From a virus (taxonomy: Duplodnaviria > Caudoviricetes), in the IMG/VR virus record IMGVR_UViG_3300032007_000027: 64,000 nucleotides of DNA, one strand, 5' to 3'. The position numbers and the translations under genes are program-made. Positions 1 through 10,692 of this stretch are shown piece by piece (the stretch's first letter is position 1; each line of letters opens with the position of its first letter). Below the pieces are notes generated by a model. It saw only the letters and a list, made by a program, of their open reading frames with translations, did not search any database and was not told the DNA's origin.

Positions 1-17
1 TGTGTGAGGTAGTTCAC
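1..17 (-). mobile_element. End of an IS200/IS605-type element running off the window edge
   Basis: Reverse complement GTGAACTACCTCACACA matches the element end GTGAACTACCCCACCCC at 42814. Confidence 0.6.
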
Positions 18-23
18 ACTAAG

Positions 24-425
24 CTATATTCCTAAAGCAGTTAGTTCATCGGAAGATAGTATATGTCCTTCATTTAGAATAGGAATTAATTTAACCGGTT
101 CTAATCCCAATGTATCTGCATCAGGTGAACCTAGTATTTCAACTACTTCACTACCACCGATATCACTATTGAACTTTCGGCGAACATATTCGTAATATTC
201 CTGTTGTTTAAGAACATCCATAAATTCACGTATATTATCAGCACTGCTTGCTGGAGCACACTTCCAATAATGTATCGCTACACTTTCGAAAAAGTAACGA
301 TCATCTTTTGTTTTAGTTATTGTAGTTCGGGCAATTTTCTTTTTAAAAAGTTCGGTTTTAGCCAATTCACACAAACCTTGTAAATTTGTTAACACGTAAA
401 CGTGACTTACGTTATTCCTATCCAT
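24..425 (-). CDS. Hypothetical protein
   Basis: ORF 24..527; the ATG at 425 has a GAGGTG RBS and avoids overlap with the upstream gene. Confidence 0.6.
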   Translation of the reverse strand: MDRNNVSHVYVLTNLQGLCELAKTELFKKKIARTTITKTKDDRYFFESVAIHYWKCAPASSADNIREFMDVLKQQEYYEYVRRKFNSDIGGSEVVEILGSPDADTLGLEPVKLIPILNEGHILSSDELTALGI

Positions 426-444
426 TTTCACCTCATTAATTATT

Positions 445-1035
445 TTACTTAAAATTAAATACCTCAGTAGCAAATTGTTTTGCTGATATATCTTTATTTT
501 GAGCAAGCAATTTATCATATACTGCATTGAGATTGTCTTTCCATATGAATATTTTACTACTCTTAGGTAAATAGGATTTTATCTCACATGTTATTATATC
601 AACCGATTTGTATGGACCATGTACACCTTGTTGTTCGTCCCAAGCATGTTCAGTCCAATAGTAATCTTTTCTATCTTTAGCTATAATTGTATCTTTAGCT
701 ATAATTGTAGTATGCGTTGTAATCTTATTATGTGCATCAGTATACGCATAACCTATAGCACGTACATTAGCTGTACCTAGATCTTTCTTTAATCTAGCAT
801 ATGTGTATAACGACTGATCCCAACAAGTACCAACCTTATACTTCATTAATTGGTCAGGTTTACATACCAATATAGCATCATCACTAACTTTATCTTTAAT
901 AGGTTTCTTAGTATATATGTCTAACTGACCATATTTTACATCAACTAGAGCATCATAAGCTTCAATTATTTTACGATAACATTCACTATAATTTTCATAT
1001 TCTTCATATGCAGGAAATAGAGAACTTATATTCAC
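445..1035 (-). CDS. Hypothetical protein, possible transglutaminase-like Cys-His fold
   Basis: GTCWDQS...HT...YWTEHAW motifs; GGAG RBS. Confidence 0.5.
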   Translation of the reverse strand: MNISSLFPAYEEYENYSECYRKIIEAYDALVDVKYGQLDIYTKKPIKDKVSDDAILVCKPDQLMKYKVGTCWDQSLYTYARLKKDLGTANVRAIGYAYTDAHNKITTHTTIIAKDTIIAKDRKDYYWTEHAWDEQQGVHGPYKSVDIITCEIKSYLPKSSKIFIWKDNLNAVYDKLLAQNKDISAKQFATEVFNFK

Positions 1036-1047
1036 ATTAACTGTCTC

Positions 1048-1284
1048 CTATATGTTAAATGGTTTATCGTTATCTATACATTTATAGATAGTAGATATTG
1101 TACCATACAAATCTATAACACAATACACATCTTTATTAGTACCAACTATCTCGTAGTCACCATCATCATCATTAAATGATGATAAAAACTTTATAATAAA
1201 GTCATTAACTTCATTTTCTTTTCTGTTAACTGTAAGCATATATACATCATTTCTCCATATACTTACTTCTATAGTCCCCAACAT
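1048..1284 (-). CDS. Hypothetical protein
   Basis: ORF co-oriented in a dense minus-strand cluster. Confidence 0.5.
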   Translation of the reverse strand: MLGTIEVSIWRNDVYMLTVNRKENEVNDFIIKFLSSFNDDDGDYEIVGTNKDVYCVIDLYGTISTIYKCIDNDKPFNI

Positions 1285-1342
1285 TGTTCCATCTCTTCAT
1301 AATTCCTATCCATTTTTATGTTAATATACCCTTAATATGACA

Positions 1343-1837
1343 TTATATGTCATAGTTAATCTTAAAATCGTTTAACTTTTTTAATTCTCTCTCAAGAATG
1401 ACATCACAATGCATTTTAGTATCTTCTTGAAACTTACCATCATTTGCACGAAGCCGTGAAATGCATACTGCACTAAGGAATTTTTCCTCATCATCAGGGG
1501 TTTCAAAAGTTATTTGATCATTTTTCCAAAGATTATAATAATAATTAAATTGATTTGCAATAGCTTTATATTCCATATTTGTTGTACTCCACACTTGATT
1601 TTTTAAACAAAAAGAGCCGTATTCTTTTGAACTCTTTGCTATGAACATTCTGAAACCGTGTTTCTCATTTTCAATAACCGGCTGCATATGAAAGATTTGA
1701 AAATCTTTATACTGTTTAATATTACTATCTGTAGGCAGATTTAAAACATTTGAAACAAGTTCACCAACTTTTTCTGTAATGACATTTATTACAGCAAAAT
1801 CATATCGTGTATTGATATAGAATTCAGAAAATTTCAT
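1343..1837 (-). CDS. Hypothetical protein
   Basis: 164 aa ORF with AGGAG RBS. Confidence 0.7.
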   Translation of the reverse strand: MKFSEFYINTRYDFAVINVITEKVGELVSNVLNLPTDSNIKQYKDFQIFHMQPVIENEKHGFRMFIAKSSKEYGSFCLKNQVWSTTNMEYKAIANQFNYYYNLWKNDQITFETPDDEEKFLSAVCISRLRANDGKFQEDTKMHCDVILERELKKLNDFKINYDI

Positions 1838-1846
1838 TTAAACTCC

Positions 1847-2197
1847 TTAAACATTATCAAAAATGTTTTTAGGTTTTAAATAATCGCATAACGAACCGTT
1901 CTTTCTCAATTCGAGTTCAAGAAAAATCTGATTAATATAATAGATCTCAGCACTCAAATGAAACAGTACATCAAGGGCAACATCGATATTGAAAATCTCA
2001 TTTAGTACAAAATCCCTTATTTCAGTATGCATAGGTTCTGGATTCTGGTATTGAATTGTTAAAGTGTCTAAAAGATATTTTAAAGTACCTTCAATATCTT
2101 CCTTGGTTTTCCATATGCCACTATCATATTTTTTAAGTACTTCTAATGTTTTTGAATATCTCAAAACTTTGTATTCGCTTTCCGTCATCGCAACCAC
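1847..2197 (-). CDS. Hypothetical protein
   Basis: Operon-like overlap with the upstream ORF. Confidence 0.6.
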   Translation of the reverse strand: MVAMTESEYKVLRYSKTLEVLKKYDSGIWKTKEDIEGTLKYLLDTLTIQYQNPEPMHTEIRDFVLNEIFNIDVALDVLFHLSAEIYYINQIFLELELRKNGSLCDYLKPKNIFDNV

Positions 2198-2457
2198 CTC
2201 TCAGGGATTATGAACTGTGCATCAATAATCTGTCTTTCGTTTCTGATTTTAAACCGATAATTTGAATAAGGGCAATCATTCACATCAATTAAAATCCCTT
2301 TTGGACATTCATCAAGATTGCAAAAACCGTATGCGACATCCGTGTAGTACACGGTTTCACCTCGCAAAGTCTTTGCAACAAAATAAGTGAACGGTGTCAG
2401 AATATCACTGGTTCTTTTAATCCGGCAATCAAGTTGCAAATTTTTATCTATTATCAT
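2185..2457 (-). CDS. Hypothetical protein
   Basis: ATGA overlap with 2454..2726. Confidence 0.6.
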   Translation of the reverse strand: MIIDKNLQLDCRIKRTSDILTPFTYFVAKTLRGETVYYTDVAYGFCNLDECPKGILIDVNDCPYSNYRFKIRNERQIIDAQFIIPERWLR

Positions 2458-2726
2458 TCAAGATACATCTTGTATTCAATTAACCCATCTTTTCTAAAAA
2501 ATGAATAATGGAAACGAATCCATTCAACACATTGACCGTATACATACGGAAAGTTTGAACCTACCGACCCTACAGCTTGGGAATATGGATTTATTTCAAA
2601 TTCAAAACCATACTTTTTGCGTATCTCATGAAACAGTTCTGTACAATCATATGCAGTATGAAGTTCCTTGCAGAATTCTTTCAAACGCTGGTTTATTTCA
2701 ACAATTGCGTTTTGTAGATCATTCAT
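2454..2726 (-). CDS. Hypothetical protein
   Basis: GAGGT RBS; abuts 2727..3083. Confidence 0.6.
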   Translation of the reverse strand: MNDLQNAIVEINQRLKEFCKELHTAYDCTELFHEIRKKYGFEFEINPYSQAVGSVGSNFPYVYGQCVEWIRFHYSFFRKDGLIEYKMYLE

Positions 2727-3083
2727 TTAGCATACCTCTTCAAAAAATTCAGACAATTTTTCAATGATTGTATAATATCCAGTATCAGAACGCAATAGTT
2801 CTTCTGTTTCATCGGCAGTGAAACAACTAAGATTTGCCATGATTGCTTTCTTTGCATTATGCACGGCTTTGTCGTATTCTTTTGCAGCCATTTGAACTCC
2901 GGCAATACGGTCTGGGGTGGTATCATGCATTGCAAGTTTTAATGTGAAATCTGCAATCATTCTTGCAAGAACAACATGGCTGATCGTTTGAATAATATCG
3001 GTGCATATTTCAGCTTTGAAGCTTGATGCACGTTCTTCAAGGTCAATATTTTCAGATAAATCATTCTCAACTTCAAAATCCAT
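2727..3083 (-). CDS. Hypothetical early protein
   Basis: Own TTGACA promoter and AGGATTGAAAA RBS leader. Confidence 0.7.
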   Translation of the reverse strand: MDFEVENDLSENIDLEERASSFKAEICTDIIQTISHVVLARMIADFTLKLAMHDTTPDRIAGVQMAAKEYDKAVHNAKKAIMANLSCFTADETEELLRSDTGYYTIIEKLSEFFEEVC

Positions 3084-3168
3084 CTTTTCAATCCTTTCTC
3101 AAATTCATAGAATGATATTATTGCAAAACTTATCAAAATGTCAAGTGTTTTCTAAAGAAAATACTTTG

Positions 3169-3471
3169 TTATTCCTCATCATCCTCGCACAGACTGCTCA
3201 TATATTCAAGTTCTTTGTACTCGTTATAGCTGATTGCAGTACCGTTATCATCGGTGTACCCATGATAATAATCTTTAAGTGCATTCTGAATGCACATGCG
3301 TTCATATACGGAACGTCTTGCAACAGGTCTTTGATGGTGGCAAATGAACTCGTATTTGCTTTCATAATAATTATAATAATAAACATCAGCAATAAGTTCC
3401 TTGTAACCGTTTAATTCTGTCCATAAAGTATTAATCAATACATTGTTATCAGCAGTTCTTATAGTTCTCAT
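3169..3471 (-). CDS. Hypothetical early protein
   Basis: TTGACA-17-TACTAT promoter (3530-3502) and GAGGATTGAAAA leader. Confidence 0.7.
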   Translation of the reverse strand: MRTIRTADNNVLINTLWTELNGYKELIADVYYYNYYESKYEFICHHQRPVARRSVYERMCIQNALKDYYHGYTDDNGTAISYNEYKELEYMSSLCEDDEE

Positions 3472-3579
3472 TTTTCAATCCTCTCTCAAATCTATGCGTA
3501 TATAGTATTATAAAAATTATTAAATGTCAAGTATTTTATAAAAGAATAACCGTGATATACATCACGGTTTATGAAAACA

Positions 3580-4020
3580 TGTTAAAAACGGTTAAAAACG
3601 GTTAAAAACTTTAAAAACACCCTCAAACATGCAATAAACCTTTAAGGATTCTAAATAGTTTATCGCTATTTTGAGCCACTTTTTAGAAGTCTGTATCAGT
3701 CATGAACTTAGTTCTAGTACCATGCAAACGGTTAAAAACTTCAAAACCACCCTCAAACATGTAATAAACTTTTAACGATTTCAAATAGTTTATATGCATT
3801 TTGAGCATATTTGGGGTTCTTTAAGACTAAAGAGCCTTGCTCTATACAGTTAAAAATCATAGAAACCACCCTCAAACATGCGATAAACTTTTACAAATCT
3901 TAAATAGTTTATTAACACTTTCAGCACTTTTTAAGTCATTTCACCCATCGAAACCCATCAAACATGCAATAAACTTTCTGCAAACTCAAATAGTTTATTA
4001 ACACTTTCAGCACTTTTAGA
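3580..4020 (+). repeat. Intergenic repeat array A (4 cores ATAAAC-N18-GTTTAT)
   Basis: Repeated CCCTCAAACATGCAATAAAC...AAATAGTTTAT...TTTGAGC units. Confidence 0.85.
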
Positions 4021-4151
4021 CCCCCTTGCAGTACATTCAAAATCCATATATTTGATATACATCACATTATTTAATCAAGTATTTAAGTATATATTGACAT
4101 TTCAAATACAAATAAGTATTATTTTAACGAGTTTTGAAGAAGAGGAAGTGA

Positions 4152-5036
4152 GTGATGTTTGAACAAAGATTTGGTGTTGAAGTTGAAATGAATGCAATAA
4201 CTAGAAGACGTGCATCTAAGCTTGCATCTATATTCTTTGGTACTGGGGATTATGATGTAGTAGATTTACAGCATAATGGAAGTGTATGGGCTGCATGGGA
4301 TAGTCTAGGCAGAGAATGGAAATTTGCAAAGGATGCAAGTATCTTAGGTGATGATACTCATAAGGTTGAACTTATAACCCCAGTCTTAACATATAAAAAT
4401 GATATCGAAACATTACAGGAACTTTGCAGAACCTTACGTAAAGCCGGTGCTAAAAGCGATGCATCGAGGAATTGCGGTGTGCATGTTCATGTAGAATCCT
4501 GCGGTCAGACCGCAACTTCTTTAAGAAACTTAAGCAATATGATAGCTATGCATGAAAAGCTATTGATTAAAGCTTTAGATATTGACCCAAGCAGATTACA
4601 CCGTTATTGTAAACCTACCGATAAACTGTTCCTAAAGGAATTAAATGCGGATAAACCATTGTCTTTAGATAACTTCAAAGACATATGGTATAAAACCCAG
4701 TGTGACCCCTTGCAGTCAAGAACTGAAAAATATAATCCATCAAGATATCATATGTTAAACTTGCATTCTACCTTTATTATGAATACAATAGAGTTTAGAA
4801 TGTTTCAGTTTGATAAACCCGATGAAACCAAATTGAACGGTATTCATGCCGGACAGTTAAAAGCTTTTATCCAGCTTTGTTTAGCTATCTGTAATAAAGC
4901 AAAACACTTAAAATATACCAAGTGTAATACAGAGTGCGAAATAAGCAAGGATGCAATGCTTAAATGGCTTACATATCTAGGTATGAAAGGAACGGAATTC
5001 GATACCGCAAGAATGATTTTAACCAAGAGATTGTGA
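4152..5036 (+). CDS. Putative amidoligase enzyme family protein
   Basis: FGVEVE, DASI, ELITPVL, CGVHVH, RYHMLNL, TIEFRMF motifs. Confidence 0.85.
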   Translation: MMFEQRFGVEVEMNAITRRRASKLASIFFGTGDYDVVDLQHNGSVWAAWDSLGREWKFAKDASILGDDTHKVELITPVLTYKNDIETLQELCRTLRKAGAKSDASRNCGVHVHVESCGQTATSLRNLSNMIAMHEKLLIKALDIDPSRLHRYCKPTDKLFLKELNADKPLSLDNFKDIWYKTQCDPLQSRTEKYNPSRYHMLNLHSTFIMNTIEFRMFQFDKPDETKLNGIHAGQLKAFIQLCLAICNKAKHLKYTKCNTECEISKDAMLKWLTYLGMKGTEFDTARMILTKRL

Positions 5037-5038
5037 AT

Positions 5039-6178
5039 ATGGATATACAGTTTGCAAAAGCAAAATACTCAAACAATTTAAATTTTATACCTCAAAAGGA
5101 AAGTGAAATGACTCAATCTGTAATAAGTTATGCTGTAGAAAATGCAGAAGATTTGATTTATTTAAATAAGGGAATGCTATATAAATTTAACGAATTCCTT
5201 TTTAAATATCGTGATACCGTTGAACGGTTTTTAGCTGAAATTGCAAAGGAACATTCATTTGAAAAGTATGATTTAAGTAACAGCAACGGATTGAATATCC
5301 GTGTAATTTCCGATGATTTCACACTCTTAATCATTTATGACGATGAAATGATTCGAGGTTACGGAAAAGCTAAAAGTTTAGAATTAATTAATAAGTTTAA
5401 TATTATATATAATAATATTATAAAAAATGAATTATCAGAATTAAATATCACGATGTTTTCATATTATTTGAACGGTATGGGCGGCTGTGAATATGTACGT
5501 TCATTCTTTAAAAATGATTTTAAGCCTAAGAAAAACTATATTCCTTATATTGATACCGATGAGATGTTTAAACAGTTCTTTACCGGTGATGAAAACATTT
5601 TATTGCTTGTTGGGAAAAGCGGTACTGGTAAATCTAAACTAACTTCTATAGCCATTGAATACCTTGCAAGCAATAAGGTAAATTCATATAATCGAACCGT
5701 TGCAACTATCAGCGATGCTAATATCTTGCTGAATGACTTTTTCTGGTATCAAATCCGTGATAACAAGATAGATTTAGTAATCTTGGATGATTTCGATTTC
5801 ATGCTAGGTAGCAGAGATAGTGAAGATACAAAACATAATAAATTCCTTTCAAAGTTCCTTACCTTTACCGATGGGGTACGCAAGAACAAGATTAAGTTCA
5901 TTGTTACCACCAATCAGGAATACCGTGATATGGATAAGGCTATTCTTAGAAAAGGTAGATTGTTTGATGTTATTGAAATGCGTGAATTAAGCCTTGAAGA
6001 AGGTCTTGAAATATGGAAATCAGAGGGTATTACTGAACCATATCCTTTTGAAAATTCCGTAACTATTGCAGATTTAGTATATTGTATCAATAATCTAAAA
6101 GGTACTGAACCTAAAAAAGAATATTTGAAAGATTTATCGGTTAGAAAGACAAATATCGGCAAAAGAATAGGATTCTAA
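5039..6178 (+). CDS. AAA+ ATPase
   Basis: Walker A GKSGTGKS, Walker B VILDD, TTN, D.AILRKGRLFD; start moved to the ATG at 5039. Confidence 0.85.
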   Translation: MDIQFAKAKYSNNLNFIPQKESEMTQSVISYAVENAEDLIYLNKGMLYKFNEFLFKYRDTVERFLAEIAKEHSFEKYDLSNSNGLNIRVISDDFTLLIIYDDEMIRGYGKAKSLELINKFNIIYNNIIKNELSELNITMFSYYLNGMGGCEYVRSFFKNDFKPKKNYIPYIDTDEMFKQFFTGDENILLLVGKSGTGKSKLTSIAIEYLASNKVNSYNRTVATISDANILLNDFFWYQIRDNKIDLVILDDFDFMLGSRDSEDTKHNKFLSKFLTFTDGVRKNKIKFIVTTNQEYRDMDKAILRKGRLFDVIEMRELSLEEGLEIWKSEGITEPYPFENSVTIADLVYCINNLKGTEPKKEYLKDLSVRKTNIGKRIGF

Positions 6179-6232
6179 AAAAAAAAGAAGTGACATTTTA
6201 TGTCACTTCTATAAATTTATCAATATATTTTA

Positions 6233-6958
6233 TTATTCTGAATAACGATTAAGAAATTTTTTGACTTCTCTATCAATTAGTTTCAGGTCTTTGATAAAAT
6301 CATCGCTTAAATCAAATACGTCAAAATTTAACATAACATTTAAAGTTCCAGATGCAGAATATTCATCATTCCGTATTGATTTGCATATTTCGTTTTCAAT
6401 CATATCATAGATATTATTGTAATCATCCATAATATCTTCAATATATGTTTCATTAAAAATTTCAAAACCATCAAAGATTTTTAAAAATGCATCAACCGGT
6501 TTATTCTCAAAGAAACTATTGATCTGGAAAATGTCTTGACCCCTAGATACAACTAAATGACCGTTGCTTCTTCCGGCAAGTTCAACCACAGTTCCGCCGA
6601 TGTTAAACAGTTTATCATTTAAATCATCTACGGCTTGCTCTGCAACTTCCTCATCAAAATTGCTTGTTGGATTAGGGATTTTAACATCCCATGAAATCAT
6701 GCCGTTATACAGTTTCTTTTCAATACCAATCTTTTCAGATTTAATACGCTTGATGATGAACATGTCAGCAACTTCCGGCTCAATATATGTTCGGTCAAAA
6801 TTATCTGTATTAAATGTGACGTTTAACTGATATACAATTTCATCAAGTGCCGCTTGACACTTTTTAGCATCGAGATTATGAAGAATTTCATTAAGATTAT
6901 CATAGATGAATTCTATTTTGTTTTCTCTTAATGGTCTTCTTAAATGTCTACGTATCAT
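6233..6958 (-). CDS. Putative internal (head-packaged) protein with Arg-rich leader
   Basis: MIRRHLRRPLRE leader; late promoter TATAAATA upstream. Confidence 0.6.
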   Translation of the reverse strand: MIRRHLRRPLRENKIEFIYDNLNEILHNLDAKKCQAALDEIVYQLNVTFNTDNFDRTYIEPEVADMFIIKRIKSEKIGIEKKLYNGMISWDVKIPNPTSNFDEEVAEQAVDDLNDKLFNIGGTVVELAGRSNGHLVVSRGQDIFQINSFFENKPVDAFLKIFDGFEIFNETYIEDIMDDYNNIYDMIENEICKSIRNDEYSASGTLNVMLNFDVFDLSDDFIKDLKLIDREVKKFLNRYSE

Positions 6959-7116
6959 TTTATCTCCTTTTATTGAAAAATGACCCCATTTAGGGTTTGC
7001 TTTTTATAATATTTATATTTTTTTTATTTTTATTAATATATTATATATATAATATATAAAAAATAATTAATTTTTTCGTATTTTCACTCAATTTTGATAT
7101 TTTAAGTGGCTTTCTG

Positions 7117-7466
7117 CATTAAAAATCCGTATTTCCACTCAATTTTGATATATTAAATGCCTTTTTAAGCCTTTAAAATACCTTAAATGCTAGATTCTAG
7201 TCAAAAATTATGATTTTAGAATGATTTTTTATGATTTTTTTATTAATATATTATATATAATATATAAAAAAAATAATTTTTCATCATGGATTTTTAATAA
7301 AAAATAAAAAAAATCTGTGTTTTTCAACACAGATTTGAGGACAATATCATGCTTTTTAAAATGTTAAATTATCTATCAATTCTTCTTGAAATGCGAGGAT
7401 TACGGCACATTCTGCGTGAACGGTTTTCAGTTAATCTCTTGGATTCCCTTGAAAATCTCTTTTCAC
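7117..7466 (-). repeat. ~350 bp repeat, inverted copy at 40832-41171
   Basis: Shared C-terminal coding tag, terminator and AT-rich palindromic block. Confidence 0.9.
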
Positions 7467-8019
7467 CGATACGTGCATTACGATCAACTTCTCTAGCTTC
7501 TACTTTGTCATCTTCAACATCATCGATAACAGGCTGATTCAGATGTGCCATAAGTCTATCAAGGTGATTTTTAGATTTGTTATCCGTTGTAACAGCATAA
7601 ACCATGATTACATCATCAAGTCTATTAAATAACTGTCTAAAGGTAGTTGCACCATCATCAAGGAAACTAATATCACGGATTCCGGCTTCATGGTCTGTAA
7701 TTATACCGTTGTTATCAACCTCAAACCAGAATGAGTATTTTTCAGTCTTAATAACAAAACCTTTGAAGTTTTCAATCTGATTGAAATACTTGAACTTCTG
7801 CTTGTTTACTTTTAAGAGATCAATAATCTCGATAGGCAGACGGGTTAATCTAGTCTGTGCATCATTTGGATCAAAAGGTGCATTTTCTAAATTTCCTGCA
7901 CTCTTTCTAATGTTTCTAAACATTCTTGATGAATCGTTACGACCGAATTCATCACGAAACTCAGGCGTAACTCTTTCATTCAAATGCTGTTTTTGGTTTA
8001 AAAATTCTGAAAATTTCAT
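7369..8019 (-). CDS. Putative internal protein (paralog of 8032..8655)
   Basis: MKFSEFLNQKQHLNE leader resembling the T4 capsid-targeting sequence. Confidence 0.65.
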   Translation of the reverse strand: MKFSEFLNQKQHLNERVTPEFRDEFGRNDSSRMFRNIRKSAGNLENAPFDPNDAQTRLTRLPIEIIDLLKVNKQKFKYFNQIENFKGFVIKTEKYSFWFEVDNNGIITDHEAGIRDISFLDDGATTFRQLFNRLDDVIMVYAVTTDNKSKNHLDRLMAHLNQPVIDDVEDDKVEAREVDRNARIGEKRFSRESKRLTENRSRRMCRNPRISRRIDR

Positions 8020-8031
8020 GTTTTTAATCCT

Positions 8032-8655
8032 TTAAAACCTAGCACCCTTGCGATCTTTAAGTTTTGCCAATCTATTGCTGCGTTCCAACTCTTTATTGTA
8101 TCCTTTTTTGAAATCTCTGCTTATTTCTTCAAATTTATCATTTTGAATTTGACGCAATCTTTGTGTAGCATTTGGATCAGAAGTAACACCATAAATGCAT
8201 AAAATGTTAGCACGTTTAAATAAATCTTTAAATCTTGTCTTGCCATCAACAATAAATCTAGCACCTCTAATACCAGTTTCATGGTCTTCAATAAAACCAT
8301 TATTGTCTACTGTAATCCATACAGAAAATTCATCAGCTTTAACTAAAAAACCTTCAAAGTTTTCAATTTTATTAAGTAGCTTGAAAGGACTATAGCTGCT
8401 TCTTAGTTTACTAACAAAATCATCTGATAATCTTGTAAATTTAGTCATAGGATCATTTGGATCAAATGGTGCATCGCTGTCCAAAGCGTTACTCAAATGC
8501 AATGTTTTGTTGTTTATACGTGCATCCATTGCCCTGCGATGATTTGAAATTTTTGACATTAACTTTCTAGTTTCCTGCTTGCCAAATTCGTCACGAAACT
8601 CTGGTGTAACTCTTTCATTTAATTGTTTTTGGTTTAAAAATTCTGAAAATTTCAT
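8032..8655 (-). CDS. Putative internal protein
   Basis: MKFSEFLNQKQLNE leader; shares APFDPND and DHE.GIR with its neighbour. Confidence 0.65.
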   Translation of the reverse strand: MKFSEFLNQKQLNERVTPEFRDEFGKQETRKLMSKISNHRRAMDARINNKTLHLSNALDSDAPFDPNDPMTKFTRLSDDFVSKLRSSYSPFKLLNKIENFEGFLVKADEFSVWITVDNNGFIEDHETGIRGARFIVDGKTRFKDLFKRANILCIYGVTSDPNATQRLRQIQNDKFEEISRDFKKGYNKELERSNRLAKLKDRKGARF

Positions 8656-8702
8656 GCTTTTAATCCTTTAAAATCCCCCACAAAATTATGGGGGTAATCA
8701 GT

Positions 8703-8927
8703 TTACATTACGAGATGTGATGCTGTTTCAGCATTTTCTTCATCTTCGTATACCTTTTCATACCATTTAGATTGTGATATTGCAGTTGGTGTATCATCTT
8801 CATCACCGAGATCAAAACCACCAACATCTGCACCACCTGCATTTATGTCTGTACCGATTTCATCACCGCCATCTTCGGCAAAACCACCAGCACCGCCAAT
8901 AATCTCTTCTTCTTCTAAATCTGGCAT
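8703..8927 (-). CDS. Small acidic Gly-rich late protein
   Basis: AGGAG RBS, TATAAATA upstream, terminator hairpin downstream. Confidence 0.6.
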   Translation of the reverse strand: MPDLEEEEIIGGAGGFAEDGGDEIGTDINAGGADVGGFDLGDEDDTPTAISQSKWYEKVYEDEENAETASHLVM

Positions 8928-8973
8928 TTTAAACTCCTATTGTTAAAAATTGTTTTACTATTATATTTATATT

Positions 8974-9438
8974 TTAATTATAGATTTTACTTAAATATAT
9001 AATATTCTGATTGCTTGAACCTTTGAAGTTATCAATACACTTCTTGCTTTCCACATATTTTCCGTCAACAAGAACATCAATGTATTTAAGCAGTTCCTTT
9101 GCATTTTTAACATGCTCAGTATTTAAAAGTTCTTTATAGGTATATCCTGTATAGCACCATACATTCAAGTTATGCTCTTTACAGAATTTACCGATTTCAA
9201 TTAGTTCCTCTGCATGGATAAAAGGTTCACCACCGGAAAAGGTAACACCGTCAAGCAGCGGATCTTCGATTATCTCAGCAAGTATTTCATTTATCGGTTT
9301 TTCAAATCCTTTGTCATAGTCCCATGTTTCGGGATTATGGCAACCTTTACAGTGATGTGGACATCCTTGAACAAAGATTACATAACGTAATCCATCACCG
9401 TCAACAACTGACTGTTTAATAATTCCAGCAATTCTCAT
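8974..9438 (-). CDS. nrdG: Anaerobic ribonucleotide reductase activating enzyme
   Basis: DGDGLRYVIFVQGCPHHCKGCHN radical-SAM motif, FSGGEP, GSSNQ. Confidence 0.95.
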   Translation of the reverse strand: MRIAGIIKQSVVDGDGLRYVIFVQGCPHHCKGCHNPETWDYDKGFEKPINEILAEIIEDPLLDGVTFSGGEPFIHAEELIEIGKFCKEHNLNVWCYTGYTYKELLNTEHVKNAKELLKYIDVLVDGKYVESKKCIDNFKGSSNQNIIYLSKIYN

Positions 9439-9440
9439 TT

Positions 9441-10385
9441 TTAAATATTCGTTAAAAGTGATAAAAACTTACGCAGATCACTCGCTAATTCTGCATCATC
9501 AAGATTTATCTCTCTAAGATTTGTAACTTCAACATCCGGCTCTGAAAGAAGATTTGTAATTCCTATTCTACAGAATGGGTTGTTTTTAGGAACATCAAAT
9601 GTTAAATCTACTAATGAGCAATCATCAGGGTCTTCATCGTTTACATCAAAATTTGCAGCAATTACATTAATTGATTTATATAACAGTTTTGATGTATTCC
9701 TCATTACTGTAAACAGTACAAATTCATCACGTATATACTGTTTGTTTAAATCTTTATAACTTATGGATTCATTTAATGTATTATAAAATTCTTTGTATGT
9801 ATCGTAAGAATCCAGCAAATCAAGTTTTGAAGTTGCATTTGCAAAATCTGTCTTATGCTGTAATAAAGATTTAATCTGTTCATCCGAAATTGCAAGCCTT
9901 TTTGAAAGGATATTAAGTTCTTTCATTGTCTTGACAGTTTTCTTCTTTTCAGGAAACTTCTCATATTTTGAAATTGCATCGGTTAATAAATCTTTAACAG
10001 TATATGCTGACAGTTCACATTGTAAGTTTTTAATGTCTGCAGTAGGATATGTTTCATATATTCTTAATATAATATCTGGAATATATGAAACATACTTTTT
10101 AGCACCAGCAGAAGTTAAATCATTCACAAAAGGTTTAACAATTACGATTTTAGACTTTTTCAAAAGTTTTAATTTTTGAAATGCTGTAAATCTAACCTCT
10201 ATTAGCGGCAAGGTTTCCTGTGATACTGTAAAATATATAAAGGTTCTACCTTTAGTATTATTTACAATATCAAGAATACCGTCAACAAGTTCATCTGTTA
10301 ACAGCTTGAACTTGCCTATTATAAGAGTATCACCGTTTAAGGTTTCCTCATTAACAAAATTGTATAAACCTTTTATTCCAAACAT
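9441..10385 (-). CDS. Hypothetical protein
   Basis: 314 aa ORF in the late operon. Confidence 0.7.
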   Translation of the reverse strand: MFGIKGLYNFVNEETLNGDTLIIGKFKLLTDELVDGILDIVNNTKGRTFIYFTVSQETLPLIEVRFTAFQKLKLLKKSKIVIVKPFVNDLTSAGAKKYVSYIPDIILRIYETYPTADIKNLQCELSAYTVKDLLTDAISKYEKFPEKKKTVKTMKELNILSKRLAISDEQIKSLLQHKTDFANATSKLDLLDSYDTYKEFYNTLNESISYKDLNKQYIRDEFVLFTVMRNTSKLLYKSINVIAANFDVNDEDPDDCSLVDLTFDVPKNNPFCRIGITNLLSEPDVEVTNLREINLDDAELASDLRKFLSLLTNI

Positions 10386-10388
10386 TTT

Positions 10389-10646
10389 TTAATCCGTTTC
10401 CGCTGTATTCAAAGAATCCTCAATACGTTTGGTAACATCATCTAATGAGTCATCATTCATAATCATACACTGTTTCAACCAGCTTGCAAGATTTTCTTCT
10501 TCCTCTTTGAAATCATCATCGGTGAAGTTAGGAAATAATTCACGGTTATTCATTGATAACTTTGTTACATTCTGAGCAAATTTATCAATCAGTGTATTTA
10601 ACTTATTATTAAACTTAATGATTTTATTTTCAATTTTCTTAGACAT
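10389..10646 (-). CDS. Hypothetical protein
   Basis: GAGG RBS. Confidence 0.6.
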   Translation of the reverse strand: MSKKIENKIIKFNNKLNTLIDKFAQNVTKLSMNNRELFPNFTDDDFKEEEENLASWLKQCMIMNDDSLDDVTKRIEDSLNTAETD

Positions 10647-10692
10647 ATAGAAACCTCAAAATCAGCACTGTATTAAACAGTGCTGAAACATG

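Noticed and set aside
3580-4020. CRISPR array interpretation of the intergenic repeats (also 12800-13235, 28738-29060)
   Set aside because: Units are degenerate, the linkers recur between arrays instead of being unique spacers, and no cas adaptation genes are present.
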